64,000 bases of DNA from an uncultured Poribacteria bacterium (lineage in GTDB: Bacteria; Poribacteria; WGA-4E; WGA-3G). The position numbers and the translations under genes are program-made. The stretch spans positions 224,001-288,000 of the forward strand of contig CATQHZ020000001.1 of the NCBI GenBank assembly GCA_958296135.2. The letters are read 5' to 3'. How positions within the stretch are numbered: the stretch's first letter is position 1; each line of letters starts with the position of its first letter. The notes under the pieces are model-generated. The model was given only the letters and a program-made list of their open reading frames with translations, had not been told where the DNA came from and did no database searches. This document shows, one piece after another, positions 40,372 through 49,674 of the stretch.

Positions 40372-43300
40372 CTATTTCGCCTGCTTTTTCAGAGCACCGA
40401 ACGTCGTCAGCATCCGATTTGCCGCAGAGACAGGCCCCCGCAACATACGCATCGCTAACGTCGCCGGCCGCCCATCAAACGCGACCTCCTCGATCTGGTA
40501 GTAGTACTCAACACCCGGCTTCGCCGACGTATCCGTAAACGTATACGTCTGACGTTCACCCGTTGTGCCAGCACCCGCAATCAACGCAGCATTCAGCAGC
40601 GTGAAACCACTGTCACGTTTTTCGCTGCGGCGCAGGTTAAAACCAGCGTTGTCGACTTCGGACTCCGTCGTCCACGTCACGACAACCGCACCTGCCTCCG
40701 TGCGCGCCACGGTGAAACTTGACAATTCCACCGGCAAGGCACCGCCAGCGCGATACCCCGGCGTGCCGATATCCTCAGCATGCCCATAGTGGAGGTCTGA
40801 CACAGCGAGTCGCTTGACGTTCGCCGCTAGAGCCCAACTTGCACGCTCCTTCCCTTTCCGCGCCACGCCGTTGTCGTAACGCCGAATCAGCGAACTCCGA
40901 ACACCTTCCTCGGCACTCACCGGTAACGCCCACGCCGGCGCATCTTTCGTCCGACGATTGCCATCAGTGTTGCCGACTTCGTCTACGAGGTTACCGTTGC
41001 TATCTGTCAACTTCAGGTAGAACCCTTCCGCGCTCAGGAACGTATCCTGCGCACGCTTGATACGCAGGTTCCGCTGATGCAATGCCAACAGGTTGTAAAC
41101 CCTATCGGCCGGGAAAACATCCGCCGACGATGCACGCGCCGGCCCCGCAACAATCAGCAGCGTCTGATTCGGTTGAATCACCTTCTCTTGCAGCGTCAAC
41201 GCCACAATCGGCCGCCCTACCAAATCTTCCGAATCCACATTCTGGAACTCCAGTTCCCACCGGTTCAGATTGAGTGCCTCGGTTTTAGATTTATTATACA
41301 GCTCTATCCACTGCGGCAATCTCCGATCACCCGAATCAAACATGATTTCGCTGATAGTGATACTGCCTTTCGGCGTGGCTGCTGCCGTTTTCACGGCACC
41401 ATTCGGATACCCCGGCGTGCCAGCGGTGGCAGCAGACTTGGAAACATTCCTATCATAGCCGATACCGGTGAAGGCCGCTTCTGCCCAGGCATCTTTGTGG
41501 TAACCCACAATATCCGCTTTCGCGCGCTGCCAGACCTTACCAGAGCCGAGGGCCCCTTCGGTATCACCACCGGGAGCTTGTAGCACTTGCAACGGCCACA
41601 CGTATGTATCATAGTCACCCGTCTGCTCGCGAACGAACGCATCCGTGTCACTGCCACCGCCACCGGCGACATCAACAAATGCCTCGTTCATACCGAGTTT
41701 CTCCTTCGCGTTCCGCAGAATCAACAGGAACTGCCCATCATCCGGCAACGCGAGGCCCGAGGCAACGAGATACTGATGCGGCGAACCTTTGTGCTCTACA
41801 TCGGAAGTGGCAATATCATCGCCACCAGCGAGAGACGTTTTGTCCGGCGAGGTACTCACCAGCAACAGCAGCCCATTCGCCGGCACGCTCACATCCGCGA
41901 AAACGACAAGCGATGTATCTTCCTTTTCCCCATCGGCCACAACCGAGAGCTCATAGTCTTTCAGGGATACCGCCGAACCCGTGACATTGCGGAGTTCCAG
42001 CCAGTCATTTGCAGCACCGCTGCCATTGCCGAACTCGTTAAAAACAATCGGACTGCGAGGCACCTCGGAGGCAGCAGCCTTCGGCGAAGTCTCCTCGGGG
42101 AAAAACGGCACAAACGGTATAACCGGTGTCTCCCGGACGACAGGCGAACCCCCCGGGGCCGCCGCCGGCACCGAGGCCGGCGCAGCACCAGAACCCATCG
42201 CGGGCACTGCTGTCCCAGACTGCCGCTGTTGCTCAGACAGCAACGTCGTCCCTTCCGGCACCTGTATCTCGACAGAGGGAGCACGCACTGTCTCTGCCAC
42301 CGTGTCCGTGGCTGCCACCGTATACGCAAACGTCACTTTCGTCGAATTCGTGTCTTCCGCCGCTGTCCAAACAGCATGCCGCGCATTCGCTAACACCTGT
42401 TCACCCAGATACACCACCAGATACGGCAGGTTGGCCCCTTCATACCGCAGATTCTCCTGGGTATATGTCACCGACACTTCAATCTTATCTCCGGCGGTAT
42501 AGACACCCGCGGGGGGCGCAACAATCTCCGGCGTACCCACCACGCTGTCCACCGGCACTGTTAACGTATTCGATACCAGATTCCCGTTGCCCGCAATGTC
42601 CTGCGTGGCACCCGCGGGCACCTGAATCGTCACATCGCCCCTAAAACCAGCGGCGGGCGTAATCCGCGCTTTGTAAACCAAGAACGATGCCGAATTCTTC
42701 GCATCACCGGGACTGTGCCCAGCGTCTCCGGAGTAATTCTGTAATGCACGATGGTCGAGCCCAATGTAAACCGGGGCATCAACCGTCCAATCCAGCGAAT
42801 TTCCATCGGCATCGCTGAAGACAATGTCCTCCGCGCCAAACGTCGTACCGATTTCCTCGGCGATGGCACCCGTCTCAGAGTGATGGTTCGTAAAGCGGAA
42901 TTCAACTTCAAACGCACCGCCCTGCGACACCGATTCCGTAGTCCCTGCCGCAAAATCTGTCACAGGCAACCCAGATGCACTGGAATCCAGGTTGACTATC
43001 GCGTTGAGTCGATCCTCGGTGTGCGTCTCCCCATTCTTTATCAAGCCGGGAATCCACACCGTCGGCGGAAGGGTATCCACAAGGTGCCTGACGACTGCCT
43101 GGGCGTAGGCAGCGGCCTTCGCACCGGCAAGAGGGAGGGGCCGCTCCCAACTTCGATAACTCGTAATCGTTCTCCAATTGTTGGGGCCTTGCCACGTGTT
43201 GTCAATTGAATCATCCTGAATCAGAAACCTCCGAAACTCCAATTCAATATCGTGCTGAAACCACGTACCATAATCAAAAGTGTAGCCAGCCGCGTTTTTT

Positions 43301-44538
43301 ATGTGCTTCTGCTGCGCTGCGGGAAGCCACTGACCCTGACCATTTACCTCCCACTTACCGGAACGGGCATTATGCCACATACTGTCGTCAAGATAGATGC
43401 CATCGAACACCCGATCTCCCACTTGCACGGTGTATTGGAAGGTGAGCATTGCATCTCCAGTCAGATCCGCATTGGTGAGTGTAAACAGCGTTTCCGGTCC
43501 GCTTCCGGTTCCGGTTTTGAACGACTGGTGCGTCTTCAGCGTCACACCTGCGTCGGCAATGACGTTTTCATCAAACGTCATCCGAATTTGCATGACATCG
43601 CCTGCCCTGTAATAGCCGACGGTCGGACTATTCGCCAAAGTCACAGGGTTAGCCCCGGTAGGAAGGGCCCAGCCATCAGTTCCCACCAAATCGCAGTATC
43701 CCGTGTACTCGGCACCGTAGTGATTGTGATAGCGGAGACAATCTTGGCGCACCTTGTGATAGCGGGACTTGCCGGTCTGGGGCGCGGTACCAGGAACAAA
43801 CTGCACCGCGTAAGTGCTTGTCGATGCATCTGTTGTTATCAGTGCCGGGCGCTTCCCGTACACTACGGGATAATTGACACCTGTAGTGTCAAACGCGATC
43901 GTCCCTTGATTCTGCACTGGCCATCGGTTATTAGAAAAAGGGGTAGCCGTTGTTGAAGACTCAAGCCACCCACCGTCGGTATCAATGTCGCCATTCTTCA
44001 CCTCATAGACGTAGACAGCGGTAGCATTTGCAAGTACTGGACTGAGCCAACTCTGTGAGCTGCCTTCCAAGTAGACGTTAGGAGTCGGTGACTGTTTAAT
44101 CCCGCCTGGGTTATTTGTCAGATCCGTTGGTACTGCCAACCCGGCCGCATCAAAACCAGGGAAGTTTAACGTTGCGAACCAGATCCTTACATTCTGTAGA
44201 TGAAGCGCAATCGCGATGATATCCCCCGCACGCGCCGTGACTGGGGTTGCGCTATCGTGGTCGTTGGAGTCAGTAATCTCGGTACCGCCGCTCAGCGTGC
44301 CGTGGCTCGTACCGAGTTTCGCGTACGGCCCCCCCCACACGGTACCCCGTATCGGCGTATGCGACGACACCTCGGTTGGATAGTTAGCATCGGCGATGCT
44401 GGTTACCATATCTGGGTTCACGTAGATTTTAATGCCAGCTACTGATTCTACGGCTTGTGCGTCTATCGGTATGCCGAGCATCGAAACTATCCCGACGACG
44501 AGCAGCAAACATAAGAAAAAAATGGAATGCCTTTTCAT
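40372..44538 (-). CDS. Large secreted surface protein with Ig-like (Big) domains and two lamin-tail domains
   Basis: Signal peptide; D.AGNGN; IVFNE..DWLELRN; ITISEIM..QWIELYN; LPVELSSF..W.TESE.DNAGFN; tail NRMLTTFGALK. Confidence 0.88.
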   Translation of the reverse strand: MKRHSIFFLCLLLVVGIVSMLGIPIDAQAVESVAGIKIYVNPDMVTSIADANYPTEVSSHTPIRGTVWGGPYAKLGTSHGTLSGGTEITDSNDHDSATPVTARAGDIIAIALHLQNVRIWFATLNFPGFDAAGLAVPTDLTNNPGGIKQSPTPNVYLEGSSQSWLSPVLANATAVYVYEVKNGDIDTDGGWLESSTTATPFSNNRWPVQNQGTIAFDTTGVNYPVVYGKRPALITTDASTSTYAVQFVPGTAPQTGKSRYHKVRQDCLRYHNHYGAEYTGYCDLVGTDGWALPTGANPVTLANSPTVGYYRAGDVMQIRMTFDENVIADAGVTLKTHQSFKTGTGSGPETLFTLTNADLTGDAMLTFQYTVQVGDRVFDGIYLDDSMWHNARSGKWEVNGQGQWLPAAQQKHIKNAAGYTFDYGTWFQHDIELEFRRFLIQDDSIDNTWQGPNNWRTITSYRSWERPLPLAGAKAAAYAQAVVRHLVDTLPPTVWIPGLIKNGETHTEDRLNAIVNLDSSASGLPVTDFAAGTTESVSQGGAFEVEFRFTNHHSETGAIAEEIGTTFGAEDIVFSDADGNSLDWTVDAPVYIGLDHRALQNYSGDAGHSPGDAKNSASFLVYKARITPAAGFRGDVTIQVPAGATQDIAGNGNLVSNTLTVPVDSVVGTPEIVAPPAGVYTAGDKIEVSVTYTQENLRYEGANLPYLVVYLGEQVLANARHAVWTAAEDTNSTKVTFAYTVAATDTVAETVRAPSVEIQVPEGTTLLSEQQRQSGTAVPAMGSGAAPASVPAAAPGGSPVVRETPVIPFVPFFPEETSPKAAASEVPRSPIVFNEFGNGSGAANDWLELRNVTGSAVSLKDYELSVVADGEKEDTSLVVFADVSVPANGLLLLVSTSPDKTSLAGGDDIATSDVEHKGSPHQYLVASGLALPDDGQFLLILRNAKEKLGMNEAFVDVAGGGGSDTDAFVREQTGDYDTYVWPLQVLQAPGGDTEGALGSGKVWQRAKADIVGYHKDAWAEAAFTGIGYDRNVSKSAATAGTPGYPNGAVKTAAATPKGSITISEIMFDSGDRRLPQWIELYNKSKTEALNLNRWELEFQNVDSEDLVGRPIVALTLQEKVIQPNQTLLIVAGPARASSADVFPADRVYNLLALHQRNLRIKRAQDTFLSAEGFYLKLTDSNGNLVDEVGNTDGNRRTKDAPAWALPVSAEEGVRSSLIRRYDNGVARKGKERASWALAANVKRLAVSDLHYGHAEDIGTPGYRAGGALPVELSSFTVARTEAGAVVVTWTTESEVDNAGFNLRRSEKRDSGFTLLNAALIAGAGTTGERQTYTFTDTSAKPGVEYYYQIEEVAFDGRPATLAMRMLRGPVSAANRMLTTFGALKKQAK

Positions 44539-45299
44539 AGGAAAATTCTCCTCTTGGAAAAATGAAATAAAATGAATAGGGGGTTTCCGCCGCACCGATT
44601 GCGGCGGAAACATGAAGAGTAGGAGGGACATCGGGTCCCGATAATACCGTCTCCGCCCCACCGATTGCAGTGGAGCGCAGCAGGTGTCGCAGTCTCGGAG
44701 AAAACAGGGTAACCGTGGGCGAATGCCCACGGCTATCCTGCCCCTTTATATCCCTAGTGGGGACAGAAATTTCCCCGGAACAACGCTGGTGGCCCTCGAC
44801 GTTGCAGCCATCGGTGCAACGCGAAGAGCCCCGTGGCAGCCGCGTCCACGCGAACGTGAGCGGTTGCCACGGAGCAATGTGAGTCGCGCGCATGCACCGC
44901 GCGGTTTTTTATGTTGGAATTGCGAGCAAGGATATCCCCCCGGAGCCCCTTCCTGCCGAGTTTATCAAGGGTTAACCGGTGTAAAGTGAAGGGGGGGGGT
45001 AATCCGGTCTAGGGCATCATCAACGGGAGGCGCAAACGCAAACGTGGATACGGCGCGCAGCCGCGGTGGCTGCTGCGTCGCTTTCACAGATATCTGCAGG
45101 CGAATCGGGTGATCCGCGCGGAATAGAGTGTTCACGTTCGTGCTCCTTTATTAGTTGCGTTAAATTTCGTGCCCTAAATTAATGACATAAATATTATACC
45201 ACATTTTTGCGCGATTGTCAAATTAAAAATGTGAATTCTTTTAGATGCTATCATTTTTTAACGTTTTTGTCAAGGTTTAGGTTACAACATCCAGGTCCA

Positions 45300-45720
45300 G
45301 AGCGGCCCTTTTCACCGTAGCGCGAGGGAAAACCCGGCGATCGCGAATCGCCGAGGGGTCCCCTCGCGAAGCTCTTATTAACCGTAGCGCGAGGGCCGTC
45401 ACGGTCACGCCTACAGAAAACGTGCGTGTGTCGCCCCGCGTAAGCACGCTACCTTTAACTTTGTCATCTCTGCCGCCTCGCTGCAGAGATGTCCACTGTC
45501 CCTCGCGATCTCTCGACCTACATCAAAATCGCCGAAACCCAGTACACCGCTATCTCCTCTTCAGACCGCGGCCTGGCGCGGCACAGGACCGCGCCCTACG
45601 GACTAAGGGGCTTTTCACCGCGGCCTGGCGCAGCACAGGACCGCGCCCTACGGACTAAGGGGCCTTTTCACCGCGGCCTGGCGCGGCACCGGCCCGCGCC
45701 CTACGGACGAAGGGCATTTT
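45300..45720. repeat. REP cluster
   Basis: Same palindrome families as the other clusters. Confidence 0.85.
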
Positions 45721-45838
45721 AACTGACTGAGCGAAAAATATCCTCTTGATTTCCACGTTGCAATCAGGTATAATAAAATTGTTTAACTTCCAGAGTGCGT
45801 GAGGCATACGTAAAATGAAAATGAAGAGGTGCAGTGCT

Positions 45839-45924
45839 TGCACATAGATATCAATCCCTACCAGTTCTCGCAGTGTGACAAAATCCTCGGCATCCTCGCC
45901 TGCATGGTGGCACAAAAAGTCTGA
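45839..45924 (+). pseudogene. 3' remnant of a fourth PD-(D/E)xK paralogue
   Basis: 86 bp nearly identical to 46460-46545, including the stop codon. Confidence 0.8.
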
Positions 45925-45939
45925 TTTGGAGATGAACCC

Positions 45940-46545
45940 ATGGCGTACAGCAATTTTACCTTAGAGTCGGTGGAAGCAGCGTTTCAGTTAGAAGTCGTTG
46001 AGTCGGCAGGCCTCTTTGCCGCCACAGTCCCTGTCGCTCCGAGTCCCCATCTCACCACGGCGTTGGCGAAGAAGACTGCATTAGCCACCGCTATTGGCAC
46101 CGAGAAAGCCCGGTCGGAACTCATTGTCGCCGACATTCTCGTCGAACTGCGGGAACATTTTGATTGCCGCATCAGTTTCTTTTCCGGCATCGACTTCAAC
46201 GTGGATGCGGCCAACGAACTCACCGGTGTCTGCGATTTCTTAGTGAGTCTGTCGCCGAGGCAATCGCTTTTAAAGGCACCCGTCATCGCCCTGGTGGAAG
46301 CGAAGAATGTTGACGTGAGACAAGGACAAGGGCAATGTGTTGCAGAGATGATTGCCGCCCAACGCTTTAATGCCGAGAGAGGCAATGACATCCCGCGCAT
46401 TTACGGGGCTTCCACTACCGGCACCGAGTGGCTGTTCCTCAAATTAGAGGCGCAGTCCCTGCACATAGATATCAATCCCTACCAGCTCTCGCAGTGTGAC
46501 AAAATCCTCGGCATCCTCGCCGCCATGGTAGAACAAAAAGCATGA
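45940..46545 (+). CDS. PD-(D/E)xK-like putative nuclease, paralogue 1 (201 aa)
   Basis: TEKARSE, G.CDF, VEAK, GQC.AEM.AAQ.FN, YG..TTG..W.F. Confidence 0.8.
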   Translation: MAYSNFTLESVEAAFQLEVVESAGLFAATVPVAPSPHLTTALAKKTALATAIGTEKARSELIVADILVELREHFDCRISFFSGIDFNVDAANELTGVCDFLVSLSPRQSLLKAPVIALVEAKNVDVRQGQGQCVAEMIAAQRFNAERGNDIPRIYGASTTGTEWLFLKLEAQSLHIDINPYQLSQCDKILGILAAMVEQKA

Positions 46546-46619
46546 CAAGTCAGAGGCGGTGAATAGGATTTCCGCTGTCACCGCTGTCACCGCTGTCACC
46601 GCAGCAAAAGGATTTCATC

Positions 46620-47225
46620 ATGGCGTACAGCAACTTTACCCTAGAAACCGCGCGGAAGACGTTTCACCTTGAAGAAACTCAGTCTATCGGCATCTTTGCC
46701 GACATAGAGCCCGTGACACCGCGTGCCCACTTTATCACAGAGTTCGCGGATAGAGTGGCAATAGCCGCCGCGATAAACACCGAGAAGGCAAAGTCGGAAC
46801 TCCTTGTCGCCGAAGTGCTGTTTGAACTCCGCGCGCACTGCACCCGGCAGATTAGTTTTTTTTCGGGGATTGACTTCAACGTCAATGCGGACGATGAGCT
46901 CACCGGTGTCTGCGACTTTCTCGTGAGTCTGTCGCCGAACCAATTTGATTTAGAAGCACCTGTCATCATTCTTGTAGAGGCAAAGAGGGATGCACCGGCA
47001 TTCGGCCTGGGGCAGTGTGTGGCGGAGATGATTGCCGCCCAACGCTTTAATACCGAGAGAGGCAATGACATCCCCCGCATTTATGGTGCCGCCACCACCG
47101 GCACCGAGTGGCTCTTCCTCAAATTGGAGGAACGGCACCTGCAAATTGACAGGGATATCTACCACATCAAGCAGTGCGGCGCAATCCTCGGCATCCTCGC
47201 CCGCATGGTGGAACAAAAAGCGTGA
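46620..47225 (+). CDS. PD-(D/E)xK-like putative nuclease, paralogue 2 (201 aa)
   Basis: Same motifs as paralogue 1. Confidence 0.8.
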   Translation: MAYSNFTLETARKTFHLEETQSIGIFADIEPVTPRAHFITEFADRVAIAAAINTEKAKSELLVAEVLFELRAHCTRQISFFSGIDFNVNADDELTGVCDFLVSLSPNQFDLEAPVIILVEAKRDAPAFGLGQCVAEMIAAQRFNTERGNDIPRIYGAATTGTEWLFLKLEERHLQIDRDIYHIKQCGAILGILARMVEQKA

Positions 47226-47296
47226 GTCAATCGGCGACACGCTGAAGGCAACGAATGGCGGCTACGATTGCCGCAGGAACAGCGAGGTGATTTCAG

Positions 47297-47902
47297 ATGG
47301 CCTATAGCAGCTTTACGTTAGATTCGGCAGTGAAAGCGTTTCACCTAGAAATCGTTGAATCCGCCGACCTTTTTCAGCAAATAGAGCCAATAGTACCGCG
47401 GCCCCATTTTATAACGGAACTGGCGAAAAAGGCCAAGGTCGCGGCCGCCATCGGCACAGAAAAGGCGAAGTCCGAACTCATTGTCGCCAGCGTGCTGTTT
47501 GAACTCCTCGAGAACACTGATTACTGCATCAGTCTGTTTTCGGGGATTGAATTCAACGTCGATGCCCAAAGTGGTTTGAGCGGCGTGTGTGATTTTCTCG
47601 TCAGTTTGTCGCCGGTGCAATATCTCTTACAGGCACCTATTATTGCCCTCGTTGAAGCGAAGAAAGATAATGTGAGAGATGGGCTCGGGCAGTGCATCGC
47701 CGAAATGGTGGCCGCCCAACGCTTTAACACGGAAATGGAGAATGACATCCCCCGTGTTTATGGTGCTGCCACGACAGGCAGAGATTGGCAATTCCTCAGA
47801 TTGGCGGGAAGGAAGTTGCACCTGGATAGGGAGATTTACCAGGTCTCGCAGTGTGACAAAATCCTCGGCATCCTCGCCGCCATGGTAAAACAAAAAGTCT
47901 GA
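47297..47902 (+). CDS. PD-(D/E)xK-like putative nuclease, paralogue 3 (201 aa)
   Basis: Same motifs as paralogue 1. Confidence 0.8.
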   Translation: MAYSSFTLDSAVKAFHLEIVESADLFQQIEPIVPRPHFITELAKKAKVAAAIGTEKAKSELIVASVLFELLENTDYCISLFSGIEFNVDAQSGLSGVCDFLVSLSPVQYLLQAPIIALVEAKKDNVRDGLGQCIAEMVAAQRFNTEMENDIPRVYGAATTGRDWQFLRLAGRKLHLDREIYQVSQCDKILGILAAMVKQKV

Positions 47903-47903
47903 T

Positions 47904-48087
47904 ATTGAATTCAACGTCGATGCCCAAAGTGGTTTGAGCGGCGTGTGTGATTTTCTCGTCAGTTTGTCGCCGGTGCAATATCTCTTACAGGCACCTATTA
48001 TTGCCCTCGTTGAAGCGAAGCCGGGTGTTGCGTATTACTATCAGATCGAGGAAGTGGCGTTTGATGGGCGGCGACGTTGGCGATGCG
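47904..48087 (+). pseudogene. Chimeric scar: exact copy of 47546-47662 fused to a fragment of a lamin-tail gene 3' end
   Basis: 117-bp identity; 48015-48087 resembles the reverse complement of 40448-40524; junction microhomology GCGAAG. Confidence 0.8.
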
Positions 48088-48094
48088 GCGGTGA

Positions 48095-48680
48095 AAAGGC
48101 CCCTTAGTCCGTAGGGCGCGGTCCTGTGCTGCGCCGTGCGATGGTGAAAGGGCCCCTTAGTCCGTAGGGCGCGGTCCTGTGCTGCGCCGTGCCTTGCGCG
48201 AACGATTTCTGGCGCGATGGTAAAAAGGGGTCTTTCTTGTCGCGTGAACGCTCGCGAGGGCCAGGCCCTCGCGCTACGGTTAAAAGGGCCCGTCAGTAAA
48301 AATGCCTTAGTCCGTAGGGCGCGGTCCTGTGCTGCGCCATGCTTCGGTCTATCAAGGGGCTTCGCGAGGGCCAGGCCCTCGCGCTACGGTGAAAAGGGCC
48401 CGTCAGTAAAAATGCCCCTTAGTCCGTAGAGCGCGGTCTTGTGCCTCGCCATGCCTCGGTCTATCAAGGGGCTTCGCGAGGGACATGTTTTCCCTCGCGC
48501 GATGGTGAAATGGGCGGTTTCGTGTGGTTCGGACGCTCGCGAGGGGAACCCTCGGCGATTAGTGATCGCCGGGCCCTCGCGCTACGGTGAAAAGGGCCCG
48601 TCAGTTAAAATGCGCCTTCGTCCGTAGGGCGAGGGCCGTTACGCCGAAACTTTGTCATCTCTGCAGCGAGGCTGTGGAAC
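48095..48680. repeat. REP cluster
   Basis: Multiple gtagggcgcggtcctgtgctgcgcc and gcgagggccaggccctcgcgctacgg units. Confidence 0.85.
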
Positions 48681-48852
48681 AAAAGGCGTGATAGCACGAA
48701 TTGAAAATAAATTTGCAATTCCCACACAAATAGGGTATAATTAGAGGAATAAGGATGGATGCGTTTTATCACGCTTCAGTTTCGCAGCGCAGCAGATGTG
48801 ACATACGGCGCAATCGCGTCAGAAACCTCACAATGCTGAGTCATCCAAATGA

Positions 48853-48886
48853 CCTTTTTAATCCCATCCGGAGAGGTGGAAAAAGG
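48853..48886 (+). promoter_or_regulatory. PyrR-binding RNA element
   Basis: CCUUUUUAA-UCCCAUCCGGAGAGGUGG-AAAAAGG matches the PyrR loop consensus (CUUUAA...UCCNGNGAGG); upstream of pyrR. Confidence 0.8.
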
Positions 48887-49076
48887 ATGTTCAGTCACAC
48901 TTCGGGAGCCGGAGCTCCTTCGCATTGCCAGCCAAACGTGCGCGCTGCCCTCGCGCATCACCCGAAATCGCACGCGTGCAGCAGCGCGCCGCGCACCATT
49001 GCATCCAAACCCACCACCTTTCAAAAGGGTATGTGCTGGCACGCCGCCGCTATTGAACAGAAACCTACCCAATTCT

Positions 49077-49113
49077 GCCTTTCTCATCGCTTTTTGATGA
49101 GGGAGGCTTTTTT
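49077..49113 (+). terminator. Attenuator terminator hairpin overlapping the pyrR RBS
   Basis: gcctttctcatc/gatgagggaggc stem followed by T6; contains GGAGG. Confidence 0.7.
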
Positions 49114-49115
49114 AC

Positions 49116-49664
49116 GTGGACAAACAGATGCACGAAAAAGCACAAGTCATGAACGCCGAAGACATCCGGCGCGCCTTAATGAGAATCGCCCATGAAATCT
49201 TGGAGCGGAATCACCAGCACATCGCCGATTTGGTGCTGGTAGGCGTGAAAAGCCGCGGGGACATCCTCGCGCACCGAATCGCGGCGAACCTCGAACGAAT
49301 CGAAAACGTGGACATCGCCGTCGGCGCGATTGATGTCACACTCTATCGTGACGACATCAACCTCCACGAAACGCAGATTCGGGTGAACAGCACGGAATTG
49401 CCCTTTGACATCACCGGCAAACGAGTCATTCTCGTAGATGAAGTGCTTTATACGGGACGCACGACTCGCGCCGCCATGGACGCACTCATGGACTTCGGCC
49501 GCCCCGCCGCCATACAACTCGCCGCACTCGTCGATAGAGGACACCGAGAACTGCCCATCTCCGCGGATTACATCGGCAAAAACGTACCGACTGCCCGCAA
49601 AGAGTTCGTTCGAGTGCAACTCGTTGAAGAACACGGCGTAGATTCCGCCATGATTTGCGAATAG
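49116..49664 (+). CDS. pyrR: Bifunctional pyr operon regulator/uracil phosphoribosyltransferase
   Basis: [47 protein letters not shown]. Confidence 0.95.
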   Translation: MDKQMHEKAQVMNAEDIRRALMRIAHEILERNHQHIADLVLVGVKSRGDILAHRIAANLERIENVDIAVGAIDVTLYRDDINLHETQIRVNSTELPFDITGKRVILVDEVLYTGRTTRAAMDALMDFGRPAAIQLAALVDRGHRELPISADYIGKNVPTARKEFVRVQLVEEHGVDSAMICE

Positions 49665-49674
49665 GAACAACAAA

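Noticed and set aside
46572-46602. 9-bp tandem repeat (ccgctgtca x3) as a regulatory switch
   Set aside because: Short intergenic slippage repeat with no evidence of function.
45839-48020. Diversity-generating retroelement TR/VR pairs
   Set aside because: Mismatches are not adenine-specific (one copy is exact) and no reverse transcriptase is present.
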